Below, piece after piece: positions 9,801 through 18,255 of a stretch of DNA of 64,000 nucleotides. This DNA is from Dehalococcoidia bacterium (GTDB lineage: Bacteria > Chloroflexota > Dehalococcoidia > Bin125), in assembly GCA_965218115.1 (NCBI GenBank), contig OZ244584.1, positions 1,646,576-1,710,575 on the forward strand, written 5' to 3'. The position numbers were made by a program, and so were the translations under genes. Under the pieces are notes generated by a model. It was not told the origin of the DNA. It saw nothing but the letters and a program-made list of their open reading frames with translations, and searched no databases. Every line of letters starts with the position of its first letter. The stretch's first letter is position 1.

Positions 9801-10255
9801 ACGTCGCCGTCGAGCAGCCCGCGGGCCTGTTCGAGGTAGGCGGCGTGCACTTCGTCGAAGTCGACGTGCCCGAGGCTGGGCAGCTTGGTGCCGGGGCCGA
9901 TCGAGCCGATCGTGAAGCGCGGCGCGTCGGCGGTCGCGAAGCGATCGGCGGCGGCGCGGGCGTGGCGGGCGGCGGCGGCGTTGATCTCGCGTGCGCGCGC
10001 CGCGAGGTCGTATTCGCCAAGCGTGATCGAGGATGCGCCGAAGGTGTTGGTCAGCACCGCGTCCGCGCCCGCCTCGAGGTAGGAGACATGCAGCGCCTCG
10101 ATGGCCTGCGGGCAGCTCAGGTTGAGGATTTCGTTGCAGCCCTCGAGCCCCTCGAAGTCCGAGAGCGGGAGGTCCATCGCCTGGATGCCGGTGCCCGTGG
10201 CGCCATCGAGCACGACGGCGCGGCGGGCGGCGAGATCAAGCAGCTTGGGACGCAC
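6845..10255 (-). CDS. metH: Cobalamin-dependent methionine synthase
   Basis: 1136 aa with homocysteine S-methyltransferase, pterin-binding, B12-binding (…GDVHDIGKN…) and AdoMet-activation domains in the canonical order. Confidence 0.9.
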   Translation of the reverse strand: MRPKLLDLAARRAVVLDGATGTGIQAMDLPLSDFEGLEGCNEILNLSCPQAIEALHVSYLEAGADAVLTNTFGASSITLGEYDLAARAREINAAAARHARAAADRFATADAPRFTIGSIGPGTKLPSLGHVDFDEVHAAYLEQARGLLDGDVDALLVETVYDLLQGKAAILACRDALAERGLDTPVFATVTIETTGQMLVGSEIGAALTALAPLGLAGIGLNCATGPDLMHEPLRFLAESAPLPLLCSPNAGLPHVEDGRTVYDLTPDALADAQASFIRDYGVSIVGGCCGTTAEHVRAVKDAVQGVERARRDPRLPAAAASLFSAVPYRQDASFLIVGERANANGSRRFKRLLDEEQWEQMANVVRDQAGEGAHVADLCVDFVGRDGVPDMDELVRKARGLSTLPLMLDSTEPPVIEAGLKLLGGKAIVNSINLEDGGKRLDQTLSAAVRFGASVVALSIDEVGQARTCERKLAIAERLYGIATNDYGLPPEDLFFDALTMPLGSGQQDLRRDAIETLDAIREITRRFPRSQTILGVSNVSFGLSPAARQVLNSVFLQEAVERGLSAAIVHAAQILPAHQIDERHRRAALRLIHDEWVDGADPLTEFMALFEGVSLRRDESDIAELTVEERLHRRIVDGLREGLHDDLDEALEARSALEIINGLLLPAMQEVGDLFGAGKMQLPFVLQSAETMKSSVSWLEPHMEKADAAGKGTIVLATVRGDVHDIGKNLVDIILSNNGFSTVNLGIKQPIGPIIEAAIEHDADAIGLSGLLVKSTLVMKEDLDELNRRDLAERWPILLGGAALTRSYVEADLRERFEGRVWYGQDAFEGLRIMNALADGDPPDHAPVARRAKPRRAATALAEPRPIAPVAEIPVPPFWGTRVVRGLALAELFPYINETTLFRGQWGFRSRDGQDAWAELVEQEARPALRRLQAEAISSGILEPAVVYGYFPAQSSGDDLIVYRPGAEGELARFSFPRQDGKQGLCLSDYFSSVESGRTDAVGFHVVTMGRRVSRHTAELFAADRYQDYLYWHGFGVELAEALAEFWHRRMRAELGIADADGPTPQDLFKTTYRGARYSFGYPACPNLEDQVQLWRILEPERIGATLSEEWQIEPEQSTSALIVHHPDAHYFTI

Positions 10256-10377
10256 TTTGGGCCCTCCGCGTTATCGATTCAGCGTAGCTACGTTCGGCGG
10301 ACGCTCGTCTCAACACTCTGTCACGCGCGCGACGCGGGGGAGCGGGCCGACCGGCCTGCCAGGAAAGCTTTGAACAA

Positions 10378-10590
10378 CTCTCCCCCCGCGCTGCGGGGGG
10401 AGATGCCGAAGCCTGCCCCTGCGCAGGCAGGGGGCAGAGGGCGGCTGCGCCGCCGACTCACTGCCGTCGCTGTATCTGGTCGGACAGGATCGGGCCCCCC
10501 TCTGTCCCTACGGGACATCTCCCCCCGCTCTGCGGGGGGAGAGGAGATCCGGATTCCGCTGACCACTCAATGTGGTCAGCGGGGGGGGAG
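10378..10590. repeat. Cluster of GC-rich palindromic REP/MITE-like elements: family A core TCTCCCCCCGC..GCGGGGGGAGATGCCGAAG, plus the palindromes CCTGCCCCTGCGCAGGCAGGGGGCAGG and GCTGACCAC..GTGGTCAGC
   Basis: Inverted repeats were read directly. The same cores recur at ~30768, 31040, 37941, 47140-47580 and 50336. Confidence 0.7.
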
Positions 10591-10623
10591 AGCGGATCTG
10601 GCTTGTTCAGAGCTTTCCCAGGA

Positions 10624-11247
10624 TCACCGCTTGCCGCGCAGCAGGCCGCGCAGGCCGCTGCTGCGGAGCTGTTTGAGTTCGGCCTCTGCAGCGCTCGCGG
10701 ACTGCGTCGCCTTCTCGTGTTCGCGGCGCAGGCGGTTCATCTCGCGGCGCCGCTCGTCGAACGCGCTCTCGTGTTCCTCGACCACGCCGGCCGCGTGAGC
10801 CTCGGCGGCGGCGGCCCTCGCGGTGGCTTCTTCCGCCGTTGCTTCGGCGGCCGCCAGCCGCGTCTGCAGACCTGCAACCTGCTCTGCCAGCCGCGTCCGG
10901 TCGGCTTCGGCGGTGCTCAGCGATTCCTGCGCGGTGGCCAGCGCGGCCTCGGTCTGGGCCTTGCCTTCGGCGACGGCGGTCTGCACGGCCAGCTCCGATG
11001 TTGCACGCTCCAGCGCCGCGCTGAGCTCCGCGACCCGGGCGCGCAGCGGCTCGACATCCTGGCCGGCGGTCGCGAGCCGATCGGCCAGTTTCTCGGCGCG
11101 CGCCTGGGCTTCGGCCGCGCGCGCCGCGGCGGCGCGTTCGCGCCGGTCGTAGGCGTTGGCCCGTTCGACGGCCACGCGGCGGCCCTGTTCGGCGCGCTCG
11201 GCGACAAGCCCGGCATCTCGCAGTTGATCACGCAGACTGCGGCTCAC
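10624..11247 (-). CDS. Ala-rich coiled-coil protein (hypothetical)
   Basis: 207 aa with heptad-like A/E/L/R repeats, on the same strand as its neighbours. The overlapping plus-strand ORF is Gly/Arg-rich and looks like a GC artefact. Confidence 0.4.
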   Translation of the reverse strand: MSRSLRDQLRDAGLVAERAEQGRRVAVERANAYDRRERAAAARAAEAQARAEKLADRLATAGQDVEPLRARVAELSAALERATSELAVQTAVAEGKAQTEAALATAQESLSTAEADRTRLAEQVAGLQTRLAAAEATAEEATARAAAAEAHAAGVVEEHESAFDERRREMNRLRREHEKATQSASAAEAELKQLRSSGLRGLLRGKR

Positions 11248-11333
11248 GGCGCACTCCGTCGCTGTGTGGTGGCGTTCAGTGTTGGTCGGATTTGGTCAGC
11301 GTTGGTCGATGGTGGTCGTGGTGGCGGGGCGGC

Positions 11334-12548
11334 TCAGCCGCCCGCCTGGACCTGGGCGATCGCCTCATCCCAGCGGGCCTCAAGCTGCGAATCGCGCACG
11401 GTATCGACGACGTAGTCGCCATAGTCGGCGGTCGTCGCGCCGGTGTTGCGGCCCGTCATGACCAGTTTCTTTTCGTATTGCCCGCAGAGGTCCATCGCCT
11501 TTTCGAGGCGCTGACCGAGCTCGACGTAGCCGATGTGGCTGAGCAGCATCGCGCCGGCGCGCAGCATCGAGGAGGGGTCGGCGTAGATATCGCGGCCTTC
11601 GCGGACCATCCGCGGCGCGGAGCCGTGGATCGCCTCGAACATCGCGGTCCTGGTCCCGATGTTGGCCGCGCCGGCGGTGCCGACGCCGCCCTGGAACTCG
11701 GCTGCCTCGTCGGTCAGGATGTCGCCGTAGAGGTTGGGCAGCGCGAAGACCTGGAAGTTGGCGCGACGCTTGGGGTCGACCAGCTTCGCGGTCATGATGT
11801 CGATGTACCAGCCCTCCCACTCGATCTCTGGGTAGTCCTCGGCGACGCGGCGGGCCGCGTCGAGGAACGCGCCGTCGGTGGTCTTGATCACGTTGGCCTT
11901 GGTCACCACGGTGACGCTGGTCTTGCCGTTCTGGCGGGCGAACTCGAACGCCGCGCGGATGATCCGCTCGCTGCCCGGGTTGGAGAGGATCTTGAAGTCG
12001 ACGTTGAGGTCGCCGAGGCTGAGGCCCTCGCTGCCGACGGCGTAGAGGTCTTCGGTGTTCTCGCGGAAGAAGGTCCAGTCGATCCCCTCGGCGGGGACGC
12101 GCACGGGTCGCACGTTGGCGAACAGGTCGAGGACCTTGCGCATCGCGACGTTGGCGCTCTCGATGTTGGGCCAGCCGTCGCCCTGCTCGGGGGTCGTGGT
12201 CGGACCCTTGAAGGTCACATCGCACTCGTTGATTTCGGCGAGCACCTCTTCGGGGATGGCGGCGAGTTCTTCGGCGCGGCGCTCGATGGTGAGGCCGTCG
12301 ATGGTGCGGAAGATGACCCGGCCGGAGGCGACCGGTTCGGCCAGCAGCTCTTCGAGCACGCGCTGGGATTCACGGGCGATGGAGGGCCCGATGCCGTCGC
12401 CGCCGAGCACGCCGATGGTGATCGTGTCGAGCTTGGTGTAGTCGGTCGGCGGGCCCTCGGACTTGATTCCGTCGACTCGCGCCTGCTGAGCCTCGAGCAG
12501 CGCGCCGAAGTGTTGCTTGGCCTGCTCAATCGAGTTCAATTCGGGCAT
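11334..12548 (-). CDS. icd: NADP-dependent isocitrate dehydrogenase
   Basis: 404 aa. It has the KGPTTTP…RPVR, FRENTEDLY and NLYGDILTD motifs of the β-decarboxylating dehydrogenase family, closest in pattern to ICD. Confidence 0.85.
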   Translation of the reverse strand: MPELNSIEQAKQHFGALLEAQQARVDGIKSEGPPTDYTKLDTITIGVLGGDGIGPSIARESQRVLEELLAEPVASGRVIFRTIDGLTIERRAEELAAIPEEVLAEINECDVTFKGPTTTPEQGDGWPNIESANVAMRKVLDLFANVRPVRVPAEGIDWTFFRENTEDLYAVGSEGLSLGDLNVDFKILSNPGSERIIRAAFEFARQNGKTSVTVVTKANVIKTTDGAFLDAARRVAEDYPEIEWEGWYIDIMTAKLVDPKRRANFQVFALPNLYGDILTDEAAEFQGGVGTAGAANIGTRTAMFEAIHGSAPRMVREGRDIYADPSSMLRAGAMLLSHIGYVELGQRLEKAMDLCGQYEKKLVMTGRNTGATTADYGDYVVDTVRDSQLEARWDEAIAQVQAGG

Positions 12549-12791
12549 GTCGGCTCCTCCTCAGGGTGACGCGACGGGGTCGCGCAGTTGGTCGGTCAGT
12601 GTGGCCCGCAGCACAGGCCGCCCCCGATGATACCCGCCCCGCGCGACGGATATCCGTCAGCGGACGGCGTGGCCAGGCCGCGGGCCCGCGGGTCGTGACC
12701 CTATCGACCCTGGCGCAGTCAATCAGCAGCCGATGGGCACTGGACTTCAACAGGTCATGTCAGCGCTCGGCGTCCGCGGGATCCCCAACCG

Positions 12792-13364
12792 TCAACGAGG
12801 AGGGGAAATCCGCTGAGCACTCTGCCATGAGGTCAGTCGCCGGACGCCCACGTTCCAGACAGCGAATGCTGCAAGGAACACACCCTTAGGAATCCCGCCG
12901 GACACAGTCTTCGGCTCCATTGCGTACCTCCAATCGACGAATGCAGTGTCCGCCGTGGCGAAGACCACGTCGATGTCGTGCTCGCTCCACCACGACGCCC
13001 ACTGTGCCTGTATGGCAGCAAACTCCGCTCGGACCTCGTCTTGTACGTCTTGGTCGAGCCGTTCGAACAGCGTATGTAGGCCATGCGTACCACGCTTGCC
13101 TTTGGGATCGGCTCCCGGATCTGTCTGTGCGATGAGTGTCTTGATCGCGATCTCCGCTCCGTGTGTCGTCAAGAGGATCGCCGACGTCTGGATGCCGAGT
13201 TCGCTCGGGTGTTCCTCCTTCGCATCGACGCGTTGCCTCATGTGTGGCTCCGCTTTTTCGATCACCATTTTCATTACTTCGAGCTCACCCAACAAGGATT
13301 TGAGCGCCAGCGGCACGTTCCAGTGAGGGTTTATGCTCGGTCCGCCCAGATACCAATGAGCCAC
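12792..13364 (-). CDS. Hypothetical protein in a lower-GC patch, with a possible HEPN-like Rx5H motif
   Basis: 190 aa. The region is visibly more AT-rich than the flanking genes. It contains KRGTHGLHTLFERL, and no confident family assignment was possible. Confidence 0.4.
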   Translation of the reverse strand: MAHWYLGGPSINPHWNVPLALKSLLGELEVMKMVIEKAEPHMRQRVDAKEEHPSELGIQTSAILLTTHGAEIAIKTLIAQTDPGADPKGKRGTHGLHTLFERLDQDVQDEVRAEFAAIQAQWASWWSEHDIDVVFATADTAFVDWRYAMEPKTVSGGIPKGVFLAAFAVWNVGVRRLTSWQSAQRISPPR

Positions 13365-13701
13365 CGTATGTCCCTTCGACTCAGATATATGATTATGCCA
13401 CAGCTCTCAACGATGTTGGGTGGCTTTCCGTTTGGATGATGCGACGTGCATGTCTCACCAGGTGCTGAGTCACATGCGTGTGGTGAGACCCCACAGATAG
13501 GATCGGCGACGTTGGGCTGGACGCTGCCGCCGCGGATGCCGGTGGCATCTGGGATGGTGTGCTCTGCTCGCTTATTGACACACAGAGCGCTGCGGCCTAC
13601 TCGCCGATGTACCAATATGATTCGTCGAGCTAGTCTAGCGTCTTGTCCCGCCTCGCCAACCAGGGGACTGTGAAGCGTTCGAGGGCCGCGACCAGACCTA
13701 T

Positions 13702-15687
13702 TCACATACTGAGGCCCAGATCGCGCAGGAAGGCTTCGGGGGAGGGGTCGCGGCCGAGGAAGCTGCGGACTAGCTGCTCGCCATCCTGGGCGCCGCCTCG
13801 TTCGAGGATTGCGGAGCGGTATTCACGGCCGACCGACTCTGGGGATGCCGCTGAGCCCTCGAATCTGGTGAACATGTCGTCGCCGTAGACGCGCGACCAG
13901 AGGTAGCCGTAGTAGCCCGCGTCGTAGCCGAAGAGGTGGCCGAAGCCGGCCTGGAAGTGCGTGTCGGGCGGGAAGGCGAAGCCGGTGATGGGGTGCAGCT
14001 CGCGCGCGATCGCGTCGGTGTCCTTGCTCGCGCCGGGGCCGTGGTAGGCGAGGTCGAGACGTGCGAAGTAGACCTGCCGCAGCGTGGCGATCCCGCTGCT
14101 CACGTACTTGGCCGCGATCAGCCGGTCGATCAGGTCGCCGGGCAGCGGGCTGCCGGTCTGCCAGTGGCGGCTGAAGCCGGCCAGCACGTCGCGCTCCCAG
14201 CACCAGTGCTCGAGCATCTGCGAGGGCGCCTCGACGAAGTCGCGTTCGACGCGGGTGCCGGAGAAGCGGGTGAAGCGCGCGCGCGTCAGCGTCTGGTGCA
14301 GGATGTGTCCGAACTCGTGGAAGAGCGTGACCACCTCGGTGTGGCGCAGCAGCGAGGGCGAGCTCTCGGTCGGCTTGGTGAAGTTGGCGACGATCGCCGA
14401 GACGGGTCGCTGGTAGCCGCCACCGGCGAGGTCGCGCCCGCCGCGCAGCGTGAAGGCGGCGGCGTGGCCGAACTTGCCGGGCCGGGGGTGTAGGTCCATG
14501 TAGAAGCGCGCCAACGTCTCGCCGCCGGCGTTGTCGACGATGTCGAAGGGCCGAGCGTCGGGATGCCAGGCGTCAGCCGCGGCGTCGTCGCGCGGCACGA
14601 ACGTCACGCCGACGAGCCGCTGGTAGACGTCGAACATGCCCTCCAGCACGGCATCGAGCGGGAGGTAGGCGGCGACCTCGAAGGGGTCGACCTGGTGCTG
14701 CTCGAGCAGGACGCGGTTGGTGTAGTAGCGCCAGTCCCAGATCTTGACGTCGCCCGACGCGCCGGTGCGCCGCTCCTGTTCGCGCTTGAGCAGGTCGAGG
14801 TCGGCTGCGAGCTTGGCCCCGAGCCGAGCTTCCAGGTCGGTGAGGAACTCCATCACGCTGTCGGGCGACTTGGCCATCCGCAGCTCGAGCACGTAGGCGG
14901 CCCAGGAGGGATAGCCGAGCCGCCGCGCAATCTCGTCGCGCACGCCGATCGCTTCTTCGAGCAGCGCGATGTTATCGCCGGCTGCCTTGTTGTGGTTCTT
15001 GAGAAAGATCTCGCGTCGCAGCTCGCCGTCGTCGGCGGAGTCGAGGAAGGGGTGCAGCTCGGGGTAGTCGAGCGAGACGCGGTAGCTGGTCGCGCCGTTG
15101 TGCTCGCTGCTCTGGAGCCGCTCGATGTACGAATCGGGCAGGCCACTGAGCTGGCCGCGCGAGACCGTGATGTGGTCCTCGTAGTCGTCGATGTTGCGGC
15201 GGAACTGGATGCCGAGCCGGACCAATCGCTCGTGCAGCTCCTGCACGGCGTCGCGTTCCTTGGCGGGCAGGTCGAAGCCGTTGCGACGGTAGTCGCGCAG
15301 GCAGAACTCGAGTAGCCGAGCGGCATCGTCGGGCAGGGCCTGAGTCTCGGCGCGGGTCGCGTAGGCCTTGAGCGCGCGGTCGATCTCCTCACGAAAGCCG
15401 AGGCCGCTGGCGAACAGATCGAGGCGCTCTTCCTGCTCGTGGGCCACGCTGCGCAGGGCGGGCTCGGCCGCGACCTGCGAGAGGAATCCGAACTGACCGC
15501 TGGCCTGTCCGATCAGGTCTGAGATGCCGTCGAGCGCGAGCACGGTGTTCTCGAAGTCGCGCCGGCCATCGGGTACCGAGGCGATCGCGTCGACGTGACG
15601 CTCGGCCTCGTCGATCGTCGCTGCGACCCCGCTGCGGATGGCGTCGGCGTCGATTTCGGACCAGTTCGGCGTGTCGAGCTCAGTCAT
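13702..15687 (-). CDS. M3-family metallopeptidase (oligopeptidase A / peptidyl-dipeptidase Dcp type)
   Basis: 661 aa with the HEFGHILH zinc motif and M3-like length and layout. Confidence 0.85.
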   Translation of the reverse strand: MTELDTPNWSEIDADAIRSGVAATIDEAERHVDAIASVPDGRRDFENTVLALDGISDLIGQASGQFGFLSQVAAEPALRSVAHEQEERLDLFASGLGFREEIDRALKAYATRAETQALPDDAARLLEFCLRDYRRNGFDLPAKERDAVQELHERLVRLGIQFRRNIDDYEDHITVSRGQLSGLPDSYIERLQSSEHNGATSYRVSLDYPELHPFLDSADDGELRREIFLKNHNKAAGDNIALLEEAIGVRDEIARRLGYPSWAAYVLELRMAKSPDSVMEFLTDLEARLGAKLAADLDLLKREQERRTGASGDVKIWDWRYYTNRVLLEQHQVDPFEVAAYLPLDAVLEGMFDVYQRLVGVTFVPRDDAAADAWHPDARPFDIVDNAGGETLARFYMDLHPRPGKFGHAAAFTLRGGRDLAGGGYQRPVSAIVANFTKPTESSPSLLRHTEVVTLFHEFGHILHQTLTRARFTRFSGTRVERDFVEAPSQMLEHWCWERDVLAGFSRHWQTGSPLPGDLIDRLIAAKYVSSGIATLRQVYFARLDLAYHGPGASKDTDAIARELHPITGFAFPPDTHFQAGFGHLFGYDAGYYGYLWSRVYGDDMFTRFEGSAASPESVGREYRSAILERGGAQDGEQLVRSFLGRDPSPEAFLRDLGLSM

Positions 15688-16643
15688 GCGGCGGCGACTC
15701 CCTCGGATTCCCAGGCGCGGTCGCGATGACCGAAGTCGAAGCGTCCGGGGTGCAGGATTTTGGCGATGATGTCAAGCGTTTCGACGACCCGCGGGCCCGG
15801 CCGATTGACGTACTGATTGCCGTCGATCAGCGCGACGCGGCCCTCGCGCACCGCGCGCAGCGTTGTCCAGCGCGGATTGGCGCGCAGCAGCTGCGCATCG
15901 CGACGGGTCTGCGGGAGGCCGTAGCCGTACGGCGCGACGATGATGATGTCGGGGTCGGCCGTCTCGAGATCGTCGATGCTGAAGTGCAGCGACTCGCCGC
16001 GGGGAGACCCGATCACGGGTCGGCCAGCGGCCAGCTCGATCAGCTCCATGGTCCAATGCCCGGCGGTCATCAGTGGGTCGGCCCACTCGACAACGGCGAC
16101 GCTGGGCCCCGTTGCTGAGCCGGAGGCCTGCTCCGAGATCTCGGTGATGCGGCGCCGGTAGCCCTCGACGGCGGCGCGTCCCAGATCAGCGCGGTCGAGC
16201 GCACCGGCCGTGCGTTGGATGTCGTCCCAGATATCGCCGAGCGAATTCGGCGCCAGTGAGACGATCCGTGATTCGATGCCGGTCAGCGTGGCGACGGCGC
16301 GTTCGACGTCGCGCAGCGAGACGGCGCAGACTTCGCATTGAGTCTGCGTGACGATGTGCGTGGGACGCAGTTCGCGGAGCAGCACAGTGTCGATCGCGTA
16401 GACGCCGAGCGCATCGGCCTCGTTGGCGTCGCGCGCCGCCCGGGCGAGCTCGCGGACGCGACGATCGATCTCCGCGCTGTCGGGGGTCGCGGCAAATCGC
16501 GGCGTGGTGAGGGCGGGCAGCGACTCCACGCCGGCGGGGAAGTCGCACTCGTGCGAACGGCCGACGAGCTGGTCCTGGAAGCCGAGCGCGCAGACGATCT
16601 CGGTCGCGCTGGGGAGCAGTGAAAAGATGCGTGGCTCGGTCAT
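15684..16643 (-). CDS. ABC-type periplasmic binding protein (Peripla_BP_2; cobalamin/iron-siderophore class)
   Basis: The conserved start is MTEPRIFSLLPSATEIVCALG. The ORF track extends further upstream, but the conserved start is preferred. No obvious signal peptide was seen. Confidence 0.6.
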   Translation of the reverse strand: MTEPRIFSLLPSATEIVCALGFQDQLVGRSHECDFPAGVESLPALTTPRFAATPDSAEIDRRVRELARAARDANEADALGVYAIDTVLLRELRPTHIVTQTQCEVCAVSLRDVERAVATLTGIESRIVSLAPNSLGDIWDDIQRTAGALDRADLGRAAVEGYRRRITEISEQASGSATGPSVAVVEWADPLMTAGHWTMELIELAAGRPVIGSPRGESLHFSIDDLETADPDIIIVAPYGYGLPQTRRDAQLLRANPRWTTLRAVREGRVALIDGNQYVNRPGPRVVETLDIIAKILHPGRFDFGHRDRAWESEGVAAA

Positions 16644-16700
16644 TTCGCTCCTCAATGCCTGGCTGGCGTCACGGTAGCTTGTGTCCGAGGGGAAGCCGCA

Positions 16701-17027
16701 GTGGACTACGGCGTGCGCTGGTTGACCTAGAATGACGCATCTGAAGACGAACTCGCTGATCATGGTCTGTCGGTTGACAATGCGCTGGATGTGTTGGTGG
16801 GACAACCGCGGTTTCACGAGCAGAAGGCCAGCCTGGTGACGCGGGACGACGGAACCGTTCGTTGGCGGCGCCGACGGCTCCACATGATTGGGCGAGACGG
16901 TTCAGGGCGGTTCTTGGTGATCGTGATGGAATTTCCGGACGCGAACGGGGATGCGCATGTGGTGACTGGCTGGCCTGGCGACGGGTCGACGCGAGTCCGT
17001 TACCGTCGGCTTGGAGGGAGACTGTAA
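16701..17027 (+). pseudogene. BrnT-like (DUF497) toxin paralog interrupted by an in-frame TAG at 16728-16730. A GTG at 16791 could restart a truncated 78-aa product.
   Basis: Hand translation gives VDYGVRWLT*NDASEDELADHGLSVDNALDV…HVVTGWPGDGSTRVRY. This aligns across the stop with the intact paralogs at 26450-26788 and 36928-37263. Confidence 0.5.
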
Positions 17028-17266
17028 TGAGCTGTCAGGACGAGGATGTAAGCGCCCTCCAAGGGGAGGCGGTGCACGTTGACACTTCACAGTTTCAGGG
17101 TGTGAAGATCGAGGTGGAGTTCGGAGTGGACGAGATTCGATCGGTCTTCGCGGTTCGACGTCAGGGGGAGAAGACGACTTCGCTGATTCGCGAGGCAGTC
17201 CTCGCGCTGGTCAGGCAGCGGGAGTCGGACACCGCCGGAGCAGTGTTGCCTGACGCAGGCTCATGA
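17027..17266 (+). CDS. BrnA-like antitoxin paralog
   Basis: MSCQDEDVSALQGEAVHV…KIEVEFGVDEIRSVF…LIREAVLALVRQRE is homologous to 26202-26453 and 36677-36931. Its start overlaps the toxin stop (TAATG). Confidence 0.5.
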   Translation: MSCQDEDVSALQGEAVHVDTSQFQGVKIEVEFGVDEIRSVFAVRRQGEKTTSLIREAVLALVRQRESDTAGAVLPDAGS

Positions 17267-18216
17267 CGGACATTTCGCACTCGACGGTTCAGCTTTCGAC
17301 GGGCATCAACATGCATGTCGCCGAGGCTGGCAGCGGCCCGGCGGTCGTGATGTGCCACGGTTTTCCGGAGCTGTGGTACTCGTGGCGGCATCAGATCCCC
17401 GCGCTCGCGGAGGCGGGCTTCCGAGCGATCGCGCCCGATATGCGCGGGTACGGCGGGACCGACGCGCCGGAAGCGATCGAGGACTACACGCAGGAGGCGA
17501 TCTGCGGCGACATGGTCGCGCTGCTCGACGCGCTGGGTGAAGCGACGGCCGTGTTCGTCGGTCACGACTGGGGTGGCGCGGTGGTCTGGAGCATGGCCCA
17601 ACACCATCCCGATCGGGTGCGCGCGGTGGCCGGAATCAACACCCCGGCCTCGCAGCGCGCCCCGATCAGTCCGCTCGACGCCATGAAGATGGACCCCGGG
17701 CGTTTCGACTACCAGCTCTACTTCCAGGAGCCGGGCGTGGCCGAGGCGGAGCTGAGCGCGAATGTACGTCGCGTCTTCACGCTGCTGCTGCGCACATCCA
17801 AGCCCGAGGATGGGATGGATGCGCTGTCGGGCACGGCCGGGGTGCGCGAGCGCGGCGGGCTGCTCGTCGGCGCGCCTGAGACGGCGCCGCGCAGCATCAT
17901 GCTGACCGAGGAGGACCTGCAGACGTTCGTCGAGACATTCGAGCGCACGGGCTTCCGCGGCGGTCTCAACTGGTACCGCAATCACGGCCGCAACTGGGAG
18001 TGGAGCGGGACGCTGACCGAGGAGACGATCAGCCAGCCCGCGCTGATGGTCACCGCCGGCCGCGACCCGGTGCTGCTGCCCGCGATGTCGCACGGGATGG
18101 AGGACTGGATCCCCAACCTCAGCCGCGGCCACATCGAAGAGTGCGGCCATTGGACGCAGCAGGAGGAGCCCGACGAGCTGAATCGGATCCTCGTTGAGTG
18201 GCTAGACTCATTGTGA
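17263..18216 (+). CDS. Alpha/beta hydrolase of the epoxide-hydrolase-like family
   Basis: 317 aa with HGFPELWYSWRHQIP…DMRGYG and a GHDWGG nucleophile elbow. Confidence 0.8.
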   Translation: MTDISHSTVQLSTGINMHVAEAGSGPAVVMCHGFPELWYSWRHQIPALAEAGFRAIAPDMRGYGGTDAPEAIEDYTQEAICGDMVALLDALGEATAVFVGHDWGGAVVWSMAQHHPDRVRAVAGINTPASQRAPISPLDAMKMDPGRFDYQLYFQEPGVAEAELSANVRRVFTLLLRTSKPEDGMDALSGTAGVRERGGLLVGAPETAPRSIMLTEEDLQTFVETFERTGFRGGLNWYRNHGRNWEWSGTLTEETISQPALMVTAGRDPVLLPAMSHGMEDWIPNLSRGHIEECGHWTQQEEPDELNRILVEWLDSL

Positions 18217-18255
18217 CTCAAGAGCTTGGGCAGTACGAGGTAAAGGGAGTAGGCC

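Noticed and set aside
10256-10623. B12 or SAM riboswitch upstream of metH
   Set aside because: No B12-box or SAM-riboswitch consensus was recognisable by eye. The region is explained by REP-like palindromes. Only an Rfam scan could settle it.
10570-11415. 281-aa plus-strand ORF overlapping the Ala-rich coiled-coil gene
   Set aside because: It is Gly/Arg/Ala-rich with no motif. The minus-strand coiled-coil ORF is co-oriented with its neighbours and has a more protein-like composition. The minus-strand call itself remains low-confidence.
17161-18150. 329-aa minus-strand ORF opposite the alpha/beta hydrolase gene
   Set aside because: Antisense to a gene with clear hydrolase motifs. No recognisable domain.
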